Shown here piece after piece: positions 34,640 to 44,072 of a DNA stretch of 59,291 nt. The DNA lies in IMG/VR virus record IMGVR_UViG_3300045996_001841, positions 1-59,291 of that record; one strand, 5' to 3'. Under the pieces are notes generated by a model that saw nothing but the letters and a program-made list of their open reading frames with translations, did not search any database and had not been told where the DNA came from. Position 1 is the first letter of the stretch. Each line of letters starts with the position of its first letter. The stretch comes from a virus. Taxonomy: Duplodnaviria > Caudoviricetes. The position numbers and the translations under genes were made by a program.

Positions 34640-35409
34640 TACCGGGGTTCTCCAATGCCAAGGACGGTCAGTTTTTTCGTGCCGCCGGCCGCAGCCGAGG
34701 CCATTTTGTAAGCCGCCATGCCCGTCGTCACGAATCGATTTGAGGTTGTCACGCCGTTTGCCGTGTAGGTGCCCGTCGCGGACACGATCTTATATTGCGT
34801 GCCGCACTCGACTCCGCCGGATCCGCCGGCGATCAGTGTATAGGTGACCCCTGCGGTGTAAGTGGAGGTCGCGTTCGCGCACATTTGCACAACAATCAAG
34901 TCGTCAGCAAAGGTGGTCGTCGGCGCGACCGAGACGTCGTGCACCGTGCCAGAGGGATCCGTCGATCCGCTGGCGGTCACGTCGAGCGCACTCGACGTCG
35001 CCATTCCGCTGACTTCCATCGCCGTGATGTTCAGGAACGACGTGCCCGTGTTGATCGTGACCGTGACGGTCGTCTGCCCGCCCGCTGTGATCTGGCACGA
35101 CCAGATATACGCGCGCACGTCGACGGAGCCGTTGGAGTGCTCATTCTGCACGTCCGGACTCGCGCCGCTGCACACGTTCGTGCCGTCCGTGCTCGGCGTC
35201 AGGGTGCGGGTGGCGTGCAACAGACCGCCGCTCACCACGAGGAGGTTCCCCGCCGTGAGGCCGCTGACCGTGACGGAGCACGTCGACGCGCCAGAGCAGC
35301 GGTTGGTCTGCGACTGGACGACCGTGATGGCCGCCTCGGTCGGCGCGGCCCACAGCCACGCCGCCAGGAGCGTCAGGACGATCCGCTTACTTGTAGTTGA
35401 CCATGCCAT
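34639..35409 (-). CDS. Signal-peptide-bearing beta-rich virion-like protein
   Basis: ...WAAPTEA|AITVVQS...TAGNLLVV; C-terminal LTVLGIG. Confidence 0.75.
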   Translation of the reverse strand: MAWSTTSKRIVLTLLAAWLWAAPTEAAITVVQSQTNRCSGASTCSVTVSGLTAGNLLVVSGGLLHATRTLTPSTDGTNVCSGASPDVQNEHSNGSVDVRAYIWSCQITAGGQTTVTVTINTGTSFLNITAMEVSGMATSSALDVTASGSTDPSGTVHDVSVAPTTTFADDLIVVQMCANATSTYTAGVTYTLIAGGSGGVECGTQYKIVSATGTYTANGVTTSNRFVTTGMAAYKMASAAAGGTKKLTVLGIGEPR

Positions 35410-36985
35410 AGACACCTACCGCTGCGTTCGTGTTGTCCGTGCTGGTGGGGCCGCCGGTGAGGCAATACGAGATCCCCGTGCTGAAGCTGATGCCGACCGG
35501 CAAGGACACCGTGACGCCGGCGCCCGAGGTCGACGCGGGGACCGGAATCGTGGTGACGTAGCCGGTCGCCGAGCTGCACGTCGGCGCAGACGCGGTGTTA
35601 TACAGCCGCAGGTAGTAGAGCGTCGCGGTCGTGTTGATCAGCGTGATCCCGTAGACGTTGCCGGCCGAGGCCTTGACGTTGGTCGAGTTCGTGCTGGCCG
35701 CCGAGGCGACGTTGAAGGTGTCCGCGCCGTTCGCCGTCTGCGCGTCAAGCTGGACGCGGCCGGCGAGCGCCGACCCGGCGCCGAGTTCCACCGACAGCTC
35801 GTTGGCCGCCGTGACGTTGGCCCCGCGCTCGTTCGACGGATCGCGGATCTGGATGTAGCCGACGCCGTTCGCCGAGCCGCGCCAGCTCACCGAGTTCCCC
35901 TCGGTCACGGTGCCGACCGAGGCGTCGTCGAACCGGAGCATGGTCTGTGGACCGGTGGTTAGCGCTACGTTATCGTAAATGGCGTCGGCCGAGAGGTTCG
36001 TTTCGATGTTCGCCAGGGAGTTCTGCGCAGCCTCGGTCGCCACCTCGATCGAGGTGAGGGTCGTCTCTACGCCGTCGAGGTGCCCGATGATCGTGGTCTG
36101 GTTCGCGGCCGAGGACGCGCCAGTCGGGAGCGTGATCGTGCCCGAGACGTTGTTGATGTTCCAGGTGCCCGACTGCGTGACCCCGCCGATGACGTTCGCA
36201 CCGGTCGGCAGCGCCGAGTCGACGACCGCGCTGACCCACAGCCGGCCGGCCGACATCTGCAACGACTCGTAATCGCCGTCCGCACCCGAGGTGTTGGCGG
36301 GGGTCGCGGTGCGCCGCGCGAAGGCGGGCGTGCCGAGGTCCGCGTTGGCCGAGGCGACGTCCTCTGCCACCGACGTGCCGCCCGAGCCGCCGAAGCTGCT
36401 GATCTGGTTGCCGCTCGAGTCGACGATGGCGACCGCGGGAGCGCGGTGCGAGCCGGCCGAGACGCCGGTGACGCCGATCAGGTTGCCGCCCACGTTGATG
36501 CCCGTGTAGCTGGCGTCCGCCGGGACCGTCGAACCCGTCGCGCTGGCCGCCGCGTTGGCCCCGCCGCCAGCGGCGCCCGAGGAGGCCCCGCCTCCGGTCG
36601 TCGTGCCGAGCAGGACCACGGTGGCGGTGCCGCTCGTCCACGCCGTCGAACGTGCCCGAATGCGCCGGCAGCCGGCCACCGCGCCCGTCCAGACGCCCGT
36701 CGACGTCAAGCTGGTCGCCGCCGTCGTGCTGTTCGTCGGGGTGATGCGGATGGCCTGGTAGTTGGAGTTGTCGATCGAGCACTCGACCACGATCGTGCCG
36801 GTGAAGGTGCCGGTGACCTGAAGCCCCAGCGTGCCAGCGCCCTGCGCGTTCGAGATCAGCACCGACTCGTCGTTGGCGTCGATGTCTCCCGAATCGTGGA
36901 ACGACCAGAGCTTGACCGTTGACTGCGCCGACGCGGGCGCGGCGAGCGCCAGGACCAGACCGATCAGCAGAATGAGTTTCTTCAT
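35387..36985 (-). CDS. Signal-peptide-bearing tail fibre/appendage-like protein
   Basis: GGAGGA SD; MKKLILLIGLVLALAAPASA|Q; Gly/Ser/Thr-rich; C-terminal STNVKASAGNVYG...YLRLYN...GISFSTGISY domain. Confidence 0.75.
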   Translation of the reverse strand: MKKLILLIGLVLALAAPASAQSTVKLWSFHDSGDIDANDESVLISNAQGAGTLGLQVTGTFTGTIVVECSIDNSNYQAIRITPTNSTTAATSLTSTGVWTGAVAGCRRIRARSTAWTSGTATVVLLGTTTGGGASSGAAGGGANAAASATGSTVPADASYTGINVGGNLIGVTGVSAGSHRAPAVAIVDSSGNQISSFGGSGGTSVAEDVASANADLGTPAFARRTATPANTSGADGDYESLQMSAGRLWVSAVVDSALPTGANVIGGVTQSGTWNINNVSGTITLPTGASSAANQTTIIGHLDGVETTLTSIEVATEAAQNSLANIETNLSADAIYDNVALTTGPQTMLRFDDASVGTVTEGNSVSWRGSANGVGYIQIRDPSNERGANVTAANELSVELGAGSALAGRVQLDAQTANGADTFNVASAASTNSTNVKASAGNVYGITLINTTATLYYLRLYNTASAPTCSSATGYVTTIPVPASTSGAGVTVSLPVGISFSTGISYCLTGGPTSTDNTNAAVGVYGMVNYK

Positions 36986-37209
36986 GACTGTCCTCCGGGC
37001 CGCCAGCGTGCCATAGCCGCCACGCCCCATCCTTTCAGCTTTTGCCATTGCGCCGACGCTGCGACGGAGAAGCCCTTGCCGAGGGACTTACTACCCTCGA
37101 TCTTGACCGCCACGTCCTGCCCTTCCGCCTTCTCAACCTTCACCTCGACGCCCTCCTCGAGGGCGCTGAGATCCTTGAACGCTTTGTCGGTGAAGATGGG
37201 CTCAGTCAC
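36982..37209 (-). CDS. Hypothetical protein
   Basis: 75 aa, coupled to neighbours. Confidence 0.6.
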   Translation of the reverse strand: MTEPIFTDKAFKDLSALEEGVEVKVEKAEGQDVAVKIEGSKSLGKGFSVAASAQWQKLKGWGVAAMARWRPGGQS

Positions 37210-37567
37210 GGTAGGCCGCCCACCCGAACATCCGGAGCGCCGACCAGCGGAGGCCTGCGCGGAAGTCGGTCATCCCGAGGAGTTTGAGCGCTTCGCGATA
37301 CACCGCGTCCGCGTCGCCACGGGTCAGATTCATGGAATCGCCGTAGCGGTAGAGGAAATCGTGAACCACTCCAGCCTCGGGGTAGTCCGTCTTCGGCGCG
37401 ACGATCCACGCCAGGCGGGGCATCGAGTTGAGGTCGCACTCGAACCCGGCTGGGACCGTCACCAGCTTGCCGAGGTGGGCTGAGTAGTAGCGGAACCTCC
37501 GCTCCAACCGCCATCGGCGGCCCCTATCCAGCGGCTCCAGGTAAAGACGGTCGAGGAACTTGGACAT
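37202..37567 (-). CDS. DUF1353 family protein
   Basis: VPAGFECDLNSMPR...AGVVHDFLY...RGDAD..YREAL...LRMFG. Confidence 0.85.
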   Translation of the reverse strand: MSKFLDRLYLEPLDRGRRWRLERRFRYYSAHLGKLVTVPAGFECDLNSMPRLAWIVAPKTDYPEAGVVHDFLYRYGDSMNLTRGDADAVYREALKLLGMTDFRAGLRWSALRMFGWAAYRD

Positions 37568-37572
37568 GATGG

Positions 37573-37752
37573 TTACTCAGGGCTGATGACACGATCGAGT
37601 TTGCCCTCGACGCGGACCAACCAGTCCTTCATATCCTGCCGACTCTGTTCCAAGTTTGCAATGCGCGGCTCCAAACGAGCGAGGTAAACGACAACCCCGA
37701 GCGCGGGGCCCCCGATGGTAACGGCCAGGCCGATGGCAGTGGTAATCTCCAT
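37573..37752 (-). CDS. Holin-like small membrane protein (1 TM plus coiled coil)
   Basis: AAAGGA SD; N-terminal TM; C-terminal ...VEGKLDRV. Confidence 0.55.
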   Translation of the reverse strand: MEITTAIGLAVTIGGPALGVVVYLARLEPRIANLEQSRQDMKDWLVRVEGKLDRVISPE

Positions 37753-37763
37753 GATCGGTTCCT

Positions 37764-40724
37764 TTACTGCTTCTTCGGCACGAACGGCCGGTTGACGATC
37801 GCCACTTTTCCGTGGCGTTTGAGCATGTCCTCGAGTTGCCGTTTCCGGTCCCGTTCTTCCGAAGCGGCCACGGATTCCAGGTCGACCTGCTGCGGCTTCA
37901 TGCCCGTCAGGAGCTTGAGCCACTTCGCGGCGCCCTGGTAGTCCCCACCGAACATCTGATCCAGCGTGTTGAATCCGCGAGCCGTGAACAGGCTGCGCGC
38001 AAGCAGCAGTCGCTCGGGGTCGGCGACATACTGGATTCGCTTCTGCCCCGGCACCGGCTTCGCCTTGCCATCCGGTCCGGTCATGAACACCGGCTTCTCG
38101 ACCTCCTTGATTTTCAGGAAGTCCTTCACCGGCTGCGGTGCCGTCTTGTATTCGCGAGCGTCGTAGACGTCCTTCAGATCCTTCTGGCGGAACGAGTCCT
38201 TGCCGAACGCCAGCTCCAGCGTCAGCTTCATCGGCGGCGTGAGCTGCGAGATCGCCCGCAGCGCCGGCGTGCGCGAGACGTCGAACTGGTCGGCGAACTG
38301 CTCGACCGGGGTGCCGAAGTTGGCGAGATACTGCTTGACGCCCGTCTCCGGGTCGCCGCCCATCTTGATCGCGAACGAGCTGCGGAGGTAGGCCGGCAGA
38401 CCCTCGCGCTCCTCGCCCGAGGCGTGCTCGCCCATGTTGTCGAACGCCTTCATGACGTTCGAGATCCGCTCCGGGTGCTCGCCAAGCGTCCGCAGTTGCA
38501 GCTCCGCGTTCTTCCGCGTGAACGAGTAGAACGGCACCAGCCGGCGCATGACCTTACTCTCGAACTTCGTCAGCGCGCGGTAGTCGAAGCCGGCCTTGGT
38601 CGCGATCTCGAGCGCCTGCTCCACAGTCTTTCCCTGGCGCAGCGCCGTGATATACGCGGTCGCTTTCTGCTGCGATTCGATGAACGCGCCCATCGCCTGC
38701 GCGGCCCGGAAGTGCGGCGCCTTGCTGCTCAGCGGGTTCTTCGAGGTGGTTTTGGTGAACGCCTCGTCCGCGGTCGCGTTCGCGATGTCGGCGACGTAGC
38801 TGTCCGAGGTGCCGAAGCGCTTGACGAACGGCGCCGTGACCGTCTCCATTGGGACTTCACGACCGCGCATCGCAATGGTCGCACCCTTGGCTCCCTCCGG
38901 TTTGGCAATGGACTTGGCGATCCGCATCCCGTCCGCCACGTTGTCGGGGCGGAGCGCCGCAGCGCCGAGCACTTCGTAGTTCTGCACCAGGCCGGACAGG
39001 TAGTTGCGTGCGTGGAAGGCGGGGAACAGACCGGTGACAGACCGCTTGAACAACGACTGCACGGCGTCGAAGCCCGTCGCCTTCGCGAGCTTGTCCACCG
39101 TCGTCATTTCGTTGTTCACCAGGTTGTCGAGGAAGCGCTTGTCGTTCTCGAGGAAGTAGCCCACCGGCTTGCCGAAGCCGCCCTTCTCCTTCATCAGGAA
39201 GTAGCCGGCCTTGCGCGCGGCGTCCTCGTTGGCAAACTCAGTGAGCGGCTTGCCCACCTCGTCGACCAGCTCCTTGAGGGTCTGTCGCGTGGTGGCATCC
39301 TTGGCGATCTCAAACTCGCGGCGCGCGAAGGCCTCGGCCGGGTTGCGGACCAGTTCGTCGTCCTTCAGCAGCGCCTTGAACTGTTTCTTGTAGCCCTCGG
39401 ATCCGACGCGCACGCCGGCCGTGCCCTCGAAGAACTTCTTCACGCGGTCCTTCGCGAGGGAGGGGAAGTAGGTTTCGTAGGGGTCGGCGATCTCGCCCAT
39501 CTGCGCAAACTCTTTGTTGCGCGTGATCTGCTCGTCGATCGTCTTCTGCACCACCGGGTCCGGCGACTTCGCGACCTCGGTCGCGCGGCGCTTGCCCTCG
39601 AGGCGGAACGCCGCGTTGGTTTGCGCCGCCTCGATCTGCTCGGCGCCAACCTTGTTCGCCATTTCGTGCGCGGTGCCGAGGCGCGCGTCTGCCTGTGCGG
39701 TCGGCCGCAGACCGGGCGTCTTGTCGTCCAGTCCTCGGGCCGCAGCGGCAAGCTCCAGACCAATGCCCCGTTCGCCGACTGCCTGGTCGGCCTTCTTCAG
39801 CGCCGTGCCCTCGAGGAGCTTCTGCGCCGACTCGCCGGCTTCGCGCATTTCCAACTCGGCGTGCTTGCCCGAGAGCAGCTTCTCGACGAACTCCTCGCGC
39901 TGCTCCGGGTTCAGGCCCTTGATCAGCCGTTCGACGTTCTCGCGAACGATCTTGTCTTTGATCTGCGCGAGCGCACTCTGAAGCTCGAGGGCCTTGTTGC
40001 CGACGCCCTTCGAGGTGCCGTAGGCGTAGACGAACGCATTCCCCGCGGCGTCCTTCGCCTTGGTCAACCCATCGGTCACGTAGTCCACCATCTTCGCGGT
40101 CACCTGCGGGGCGACCTTCGATCCGGCCTTCACAGCGCCGCGCGTGGCCGCGCCTCCCACTGCACTTGCCGCATCGACGCCGCTCTTGACCAAGCGCCCG
40201 CCGACATAGGTGGTTGGATCCAGGGCAATGTCAGCCGCAGTGCCGGTAATGAAGTTCGCCACGCCGGACAGCGGGACCTTCGTGCCGCCGAAGCCGCCGA
40301 GGTTTTGAGGCACCGTGATGTCGAGGCCCGACACCTGTGGGAGGATGTCGCCGAAGGTGCGACGGTTGGGGTTCTGGTCGATCCCTGTCGCGGCCGACTT
40401 CAAGTCATTGTAGATGGTGGAGAGATAGGCCTTTCCGCCCTGGAGCACAGACCCGGTGTCCATCCCCGTCGCCACAGCTTCCGCCGGGTTGAACGAGCCG
40501 AGCGCCTTGCCGAGGCGGTGCAGCAGCGAAAGCGTCTTCGGCTGGTTGGTGATCTCTTGCGCTTCGTTCCCGAGGCCTTCCTGGTGGGCGAGCGTCGACA
40601 GCCCTTCGATGGTGTTCAAGTCCGCCTTCTCGGCAGGCGCACCTCCGCGCGTCAGCCCGGCGAAGCTCGGGCCACCGGATCCGCCACTGGTCAGCCCGGC
40701 GAAGTTGAACTGCTGCTCCGGCAT
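37764..40724 (-). CDS. Large internal virion / DNA ejection protein
   Basis: 986 aa, helical, last of the ejection cluster; FHARNY.SG, FDY, VPFYSF motifs. Confidence 0.75.
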   Translation of the reverse strand: MPEQQFNFAGLTSGGSGGPSFAGLTRGGAPAEKADLNTIEGLSTLAHQEGLGNEAQEITNQPKTLSLLHRLGKALGSFNPAEAVATGMDTGSVLQGGKAYLSTIYNDLKSAATGIDQNPNRRTFGDILPQVSGLDITVPQNLGGFGGTKVPLSGVANFITGTAADIALDPTTYVGGRLVKSGVDAASAVGGAATRGAVKAGSKVAPQVTAKMVDYVTDGLTKAKDAAGNAFVYAYGTSKGVGNKALELQSALAQIKDKIVRENVERLIKGLNPEQREEFVEKLLSGKHAELEMREAGESAQKLLEGTALKKADQAVGERGIGLELAAAARGLDDKTPGLRPTAQADARLGTAHEMANKVGAEQIEAAQTNAAFRLEGKRRATEVAKSPDPVVQKTIDEQITRNKEFAQMGEIADPYETYFPSLAKDRVKKFFEGTAGVRVGSEGYKKQFKALLKDDELVRNPAEAFARREFEIAKDATTRQTLKELVDEVGKPLTEFANEDAARKAGYFLMKEKGGFGKPVGYFLENDKRFLDNLVNNEMTTVDKLAKATGFDAVQSLFKRSVTGLFPAFHARNYLSGLVQNYEVLGAAALRPDNVADGMRIAKSIAKPEGAKGATIAMRGREVPMETVTAPFVKRFGTSDSYVADIANATADEAFTKTTSKNPLSSKAPHFRAAQAMGAFIESQQKATAYITALRQGKTVEQALEIATKAGFDYRALTKFESKVMRRLVPFYSFTRKNAELQLRTLGEHPERISNVMKAFDNMGEHASGEEREGLPAYLRSSFAIKMGGDPETGVKQYLANFGTPVEQFADQFDVSRTPALRAISQLTPPMKLTLELAFGKDSFRQKDLKDVYDAREYKTAPQPVKDFLKIKEVEKPVFMTGPDGKAKPVPGQKRIQYVADPERLLLARSLFTARGFNTLDQMFGGDYQGAAKWLKLLTGMKPQQVDLESVAASEERDRKRQLEDMLKRHGKVAIVNRPFVPKKQ

Positions 40725-40727
40725 GGT

Positions 40728-41588
40728 TTATCGGAAGTTCGGGTTGTTCTTCAGGAACCGATCGACGTTTTCCTTCGTGACATCGAAGCCGCCCTGCTTG
40801 AGGACGTCCGCGACCTTCGCCTCGAGTGGGGTGCCCGGTTTGAACGGCGCCACCATGATGCGATCCTCGTTCGGCTTCGTGAACGCCTGATCGAGAGCTT
40901 GGAACACGCGCTGCGCAGAGAGGGCCGGGTTCCCCGTCGCCATCCGCGCCAGGTTCCGCTGCAATTCCGCCTTCGCGCGCTCGTAGGTGTAGGCCTGGCC
41001 CGTCTCCGGGTCAACCTTCTGCGGCAGGCTGGCGATATACTGCGCGGCCTCCGGCGGCAACGCGAGCTGCTTGGTCTGCTCCGCCTGTGCGCGATTGTCG
41101 TCGTTCAACTTGTCGCGCTGAAGCATTAGAGCAACGGCATTCGAGAGGTTCGCCTGTGCGCGAGCATTGTTCTCGGAGACGCGATCCCGTCCCGTCTGCA
41201 CGTCGCTGACCGGGTTGATCCCGTGCAGCTTGTAGAGCGCCGCCAGGCGCACGTGCTCGGGCTGCGTCGCGTCCTTCGACAGTTGCTCGAGGCCGGCGCG
41301 CTGCGCGTTCTCCCGCTCCATCTGTGCGGTCTTCTCCGCAGCCGCCGCGGCGGAGGCCTTCGCCTGTGCCGTGCGCTGCTCGTCGAGCGTCTTCTGTGCG
41401 AGCTTCTTCGCCTCGAGGGTTTCCTCAAGCTGTTGCTTCTTGAACGCTTCATCAGCCTGAGTCGCACGTCGCCGCTCCTGCTCCTGTGAGAGACGGAACA
41501 GCATGGATTGTTCGACTTCCCGCTGTGCCAGCATGTCCTCGAGGGACTGCTGCTGACTGCCGAGGGCTGTAGCGAAACTGAAGGCCAT
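40728..41588 (-). CDS. Putative ejection protein (coiled coil)
   Basis: Q/A/E-rich helical protein; position. Confidence 0.65.
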   Translation of the reverse strand: MAFSFATALGSQQQSLEDMLAQREVEQSMLFRLSQEQERRRATQADEAFKKQQLEETLEAKKLAQKTLDEQRTAQAKASAAAAAEKTAQMERENAQRAGLEQLSKDATQPEHVRLAALYKLHGINPVSDVQTGRDRVSENNARAQANLSNAVALMLQRDKLNDDNRAQAEQTKQLALPPEAAQYIASLPQKVDPETGQAYTYERAKAELQRNLARMATGNPALSAQRVFQALDQAFTKPNEDRIMVAPFKPGTPLEAKVADVLKQGGFDVTKENVDRFLKNNPNFR

Positions 41589-41594
41589 GTGCGT

Positions 41595-42260
41595 TTACCG
41601 GGTGTCGTCGGAACCCGCGAGTCCGGCGCCTGCATCTGCCTGCGCCTGCTCGAGGAGCCGTTTGATGATGGACTCGGTTTCGTTCTGCTTCGCGGTCGCC
41701 TGCGCGCCCTTCAGCGCCCCGCCGATCATGCCGGCCGCGCCGGTGATCTTCTCGAGCAGCCCCGCCTTCGGAAGGGCCGAGGGCGAGAACTTCTCGAGGG
41801 CCGGCAGCGCGTCGAACTTCGAGCCACCCATGAGCGACTGAAGCGCCTGGTTGTTGAGGACCGACGCGGCCTCCTTCCCCTGCGCGCCGAGCGCGGACGG
41901 ACGCGCGCCGCCGGAGAAGCTGATGTTGGGGATCCCCTCGGGCCGGCTGAACGACGCATCCCGCATGTTCATCACGAGCGCCGACTTCAGCGCCTTGAGG
42001 TAGGCGTCGCTCTGTGCGGTGCGCCCCTCGTTGCGCTGCCGCAGGTCAAGCTCCTGTCGGCCCATGAGTGCATTCTCGTGATCCGCCATCGCGCGGCGGC
42101 GGATCTCGTCCTGCAACATGATGTTGTTCGTCTCGTCCTTGCGACCCGCCTCGGCACCCTTGGCGATGCCGCCGGCCGCGTCGAGGCCCGCAGAGATGAG
42201 AGGGCCAACGCCGGGGATGAACCCGGTCGCACCCTTGAGGAGTCCACTCCAGAAGCCCAT
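41595..42260 (-). CDS. Putative ejection/pilot protein
   Basis: MGFWSGLLKG..FIPGVGPLISAGL Gly/Ala-rich amphipathic N-terminus. Confidence 0.7.
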   Translation of the reverse strand: MGFWSGLLKGATGFIPGVGPLISAGLDAAGGIAKGAEAGRKDETNNIMLQDEIRRRAMADHENALMGRQELDLRQRNEGRTAQSDAYLKALKSALVMNMRDASFSRPEGIPNISFSGGARPSALGAQGKEAASVLNNQALQSLMGGSKFDALPALEKFSPSALPKAGLLEKITGAAGMIGGALKGAQATAKQNETESIIKRLLEQAQADAGAGLAGSDDTR

Positions 42261-42272
42261 CGTCCTACTCCT

Positions 42273-43106
42273 TTAGAAAAGCGACTGGAGCGCGGCGTTG
42301 TTCCAATACGCCTCGCGGTCCGCAATGTTGAAGCCGAGGCTCTGCCCGAACTGTTGGTTCTGAAGCATGGTCCGCAGCGCGTCGAGGTTGAGGCCGCCCG
42401 TGCCGAGCTTGTCCTTCAGGTTCAGTTCGGCCTGGCCGAGGCTCCCCGACTGCGCCAGGCCCTCCCGCTTGATCGCCGCTTCAATGTCGGCGAGGTCACG
42501 CTGGAGGTCCATCGTCTGATCGGCCGTGAGCATCCCCTTGAGGCTCCCGAGGGCTTCCTGAATCTCCCGGCGCCGGTTCTCCAGCTCGCGCGAGACGAGC
42601 TGCGCTTCCATGCCACCGATGTCCTGCCCTTGGCGCGCAAACTCCCGCGCCCGGCGCGCTTCCATCTCGCCGCTCGAGTCCATACCCTGCGCGCTGGCGC
42701 GCTCCGCGGCGTCGGACAGGTAGCTCTGCGTCGCGCGCTGGCGATTGGCGGCGTAGGCGTCGGCCTGCTGGCGGAAGTTCGGGTCGTTCCGGTCGATCGT
42801 CGTCCCCTGCGTCGCCCGCTGGAGATACGAGTTGCGCACCACGTCCTGCGTGCCCTGGTTGGTCGTGTTCGGCAGCGGCGCGGCCCCCGGCGTCGCCGAG
42901 TAGGTCTGCGCATTCTGCGCCTGCTGGTTGATGTTCGAGGCAGCCGGCCCGGCAGGGGTCGACCCAGGCGGCGCAGACCCAGGCGGCGCAGCGCCCTGCG
43001 ACTGCTTCCACGACTGATACTGCTGCCATTGAGGGTGAGACTCCCCTAGCCCCTCAATGTTTCGCTGGAAGATGGGATTTGCAAACTCTTGTTCGATCGT
43101 CGCCAT
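42273..43106 (-). CDS. Putative ejection protein
   Basis: Q/A-rich helical protein; position. Confidence 0.65.
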   Translation of the reverse strand: MATIEQEFANPIFQRNIEGLGESHPQWQQYQSWKQSQGAAPPGSAPPGSTPAGPAASNINQQAQNAQTYSATPGAAPLPNTTNQGTQDVVRNSYLQRATQGTTIDRNDPNFRQQADAYAANRQRATQSYLSDAAERASAQGMDSSGEMEARRAREFARQGQDIGGMEAQLVSRELENRRREIQEALGSLKGMLTADQTMDLQRDLADIEAAIKREGLAQSGSLGQAELNLKDKLGTGGLNLDALRTMLQNQQFGQSLGFNIADREAYWNNAALQSLF

Positions 43107-43120
43107 TGTGGGCCTCGTCG

Positions 43121-43810
43121 TTACCGATTGTTACCCATCAAACCCAAAAGTGCATCCCGGTCCAGCCTGTTTCCGGGCTGAAGCAAGCTCTGAATGTATT
43201 GCTGCGCCTGCGCGTAGAACCCGTCGTCGGTCGGAATGAGCGCGTTCGTCATGTCGAGGGCGCCTCCGCCCATTGACATATCCATCGCGCTCGCCAGGCC
43301 GGACTTCGGCGCGCCGCCGCCCGTCTGGAACGCCGCCCCGTATTCCCCGCGGCTGGCGCCAGTGAAGATGTCAACCTCGCCCACCCCCGGGATGTTCACC
43401 TTGTCCTTGCCGTTGAACGTCGTGCCCGGATAGGCCTTCTGGATCGCCGCGATGGCCGCGTCCCGCTCCTCCTGCGACTGGAGCCGACCATCGCCGCCCG
43501 AGGCCTCCTGAAGGATGCGACCGGTGACATACTTCGGCGTCTGGTGGTTGGCGTCCGCCCACTTCGTCTGGTCGAAGCCGGCCAGCACGTTCCCGAAGTT
43601 CTGTGCGGTCGACTCCGGTTTCGCGTAACCGTCCGTGTTCCACGCAGAAGTGTCCGGACCCTTCGGCGCCTCTGGCGCCGGGGCGGGCGCGCTCGGCTCG
43701 AGGCCGGGCACGGTGGTCGGCTGGCGCCGGCGGATCGGTGAGCCGTCTTCGACGCCAAGCTCCTCGAGCAATGCCTGACGATCGTAGTTGTCGCTATCCT
43801 TGAACAGCAT
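43121..43810 (-). CDS. Hypothetical virion protein
   Basis: AAGGAG SD; 229 aa. Confidence 0.65.
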   Translation of the reverse strand: MLFKDSDNYDRQALLEELGVEDGSPIRRRQPTTVPGLEPSAPAPAPEAPKGPDTSAWNTDGYAKPESTAQNFGNVLAGFDQTKWADANHQTPKYVTGRILQEASGGDGRLQSQEERDAAIAAIQKAYPGTTFNGKDKVNIPGVGEVDIFTGASRGEYGAAFQTGGGAPKSGLASAMDMSMGGGALDMTNALIPTDDGFYAQAQQYIQSLLQPGNRLDRDALLGLMGNNR

Positions 43811-43820
43811 GTCCGGCTCC

Positions 43821-44072
43821 TTACGTCACGATCCCGAGCTGCGCCAGAATGGCGGCTTGCTGCTCGGGCGTGAGCTTTGTGAAGTTCTCCGCCATTTGGT
43901 TCTTGACCCGCTCCTCGTAACCGCGCACCAGCGCCTCGAGGTAGTCGCGTGTTTTCGTCTGGACATACTCGGCGATGGTCAACGTCGTGCCGTTGTCGGC
44001 GTTGTGGCGCGCGACCGCGGCGATCAGCGCTCGCTCGTGTCGTGCATCCGTCGTAATCGTGTAGTCCGGCAT
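43821..44072 (-). CDS. Small hypothetical protein (possible fibre chaperone)
   Basis: TAATG-coupled to the fibre-like gene. Confidence 0.6.
   Translation of the reverse strand: MPDYTITTDARHERALIAAVARHNADNGTTLTIAEYVQTKTRDYLEALVRGYEERVKNQMAENFTKLTPEQQAAILAQLGIVT

Noticed and set aside
37812-41129. Very long antisense ORFs (1105 aa here; also 5257-6864, 24566-26416, 41508-43049, 52570-54330, 57142-58689)
   Set aside because: They mirror well-supported genes on the other strand, as expected from high-GC codon bias, and have no recognisable motifs.
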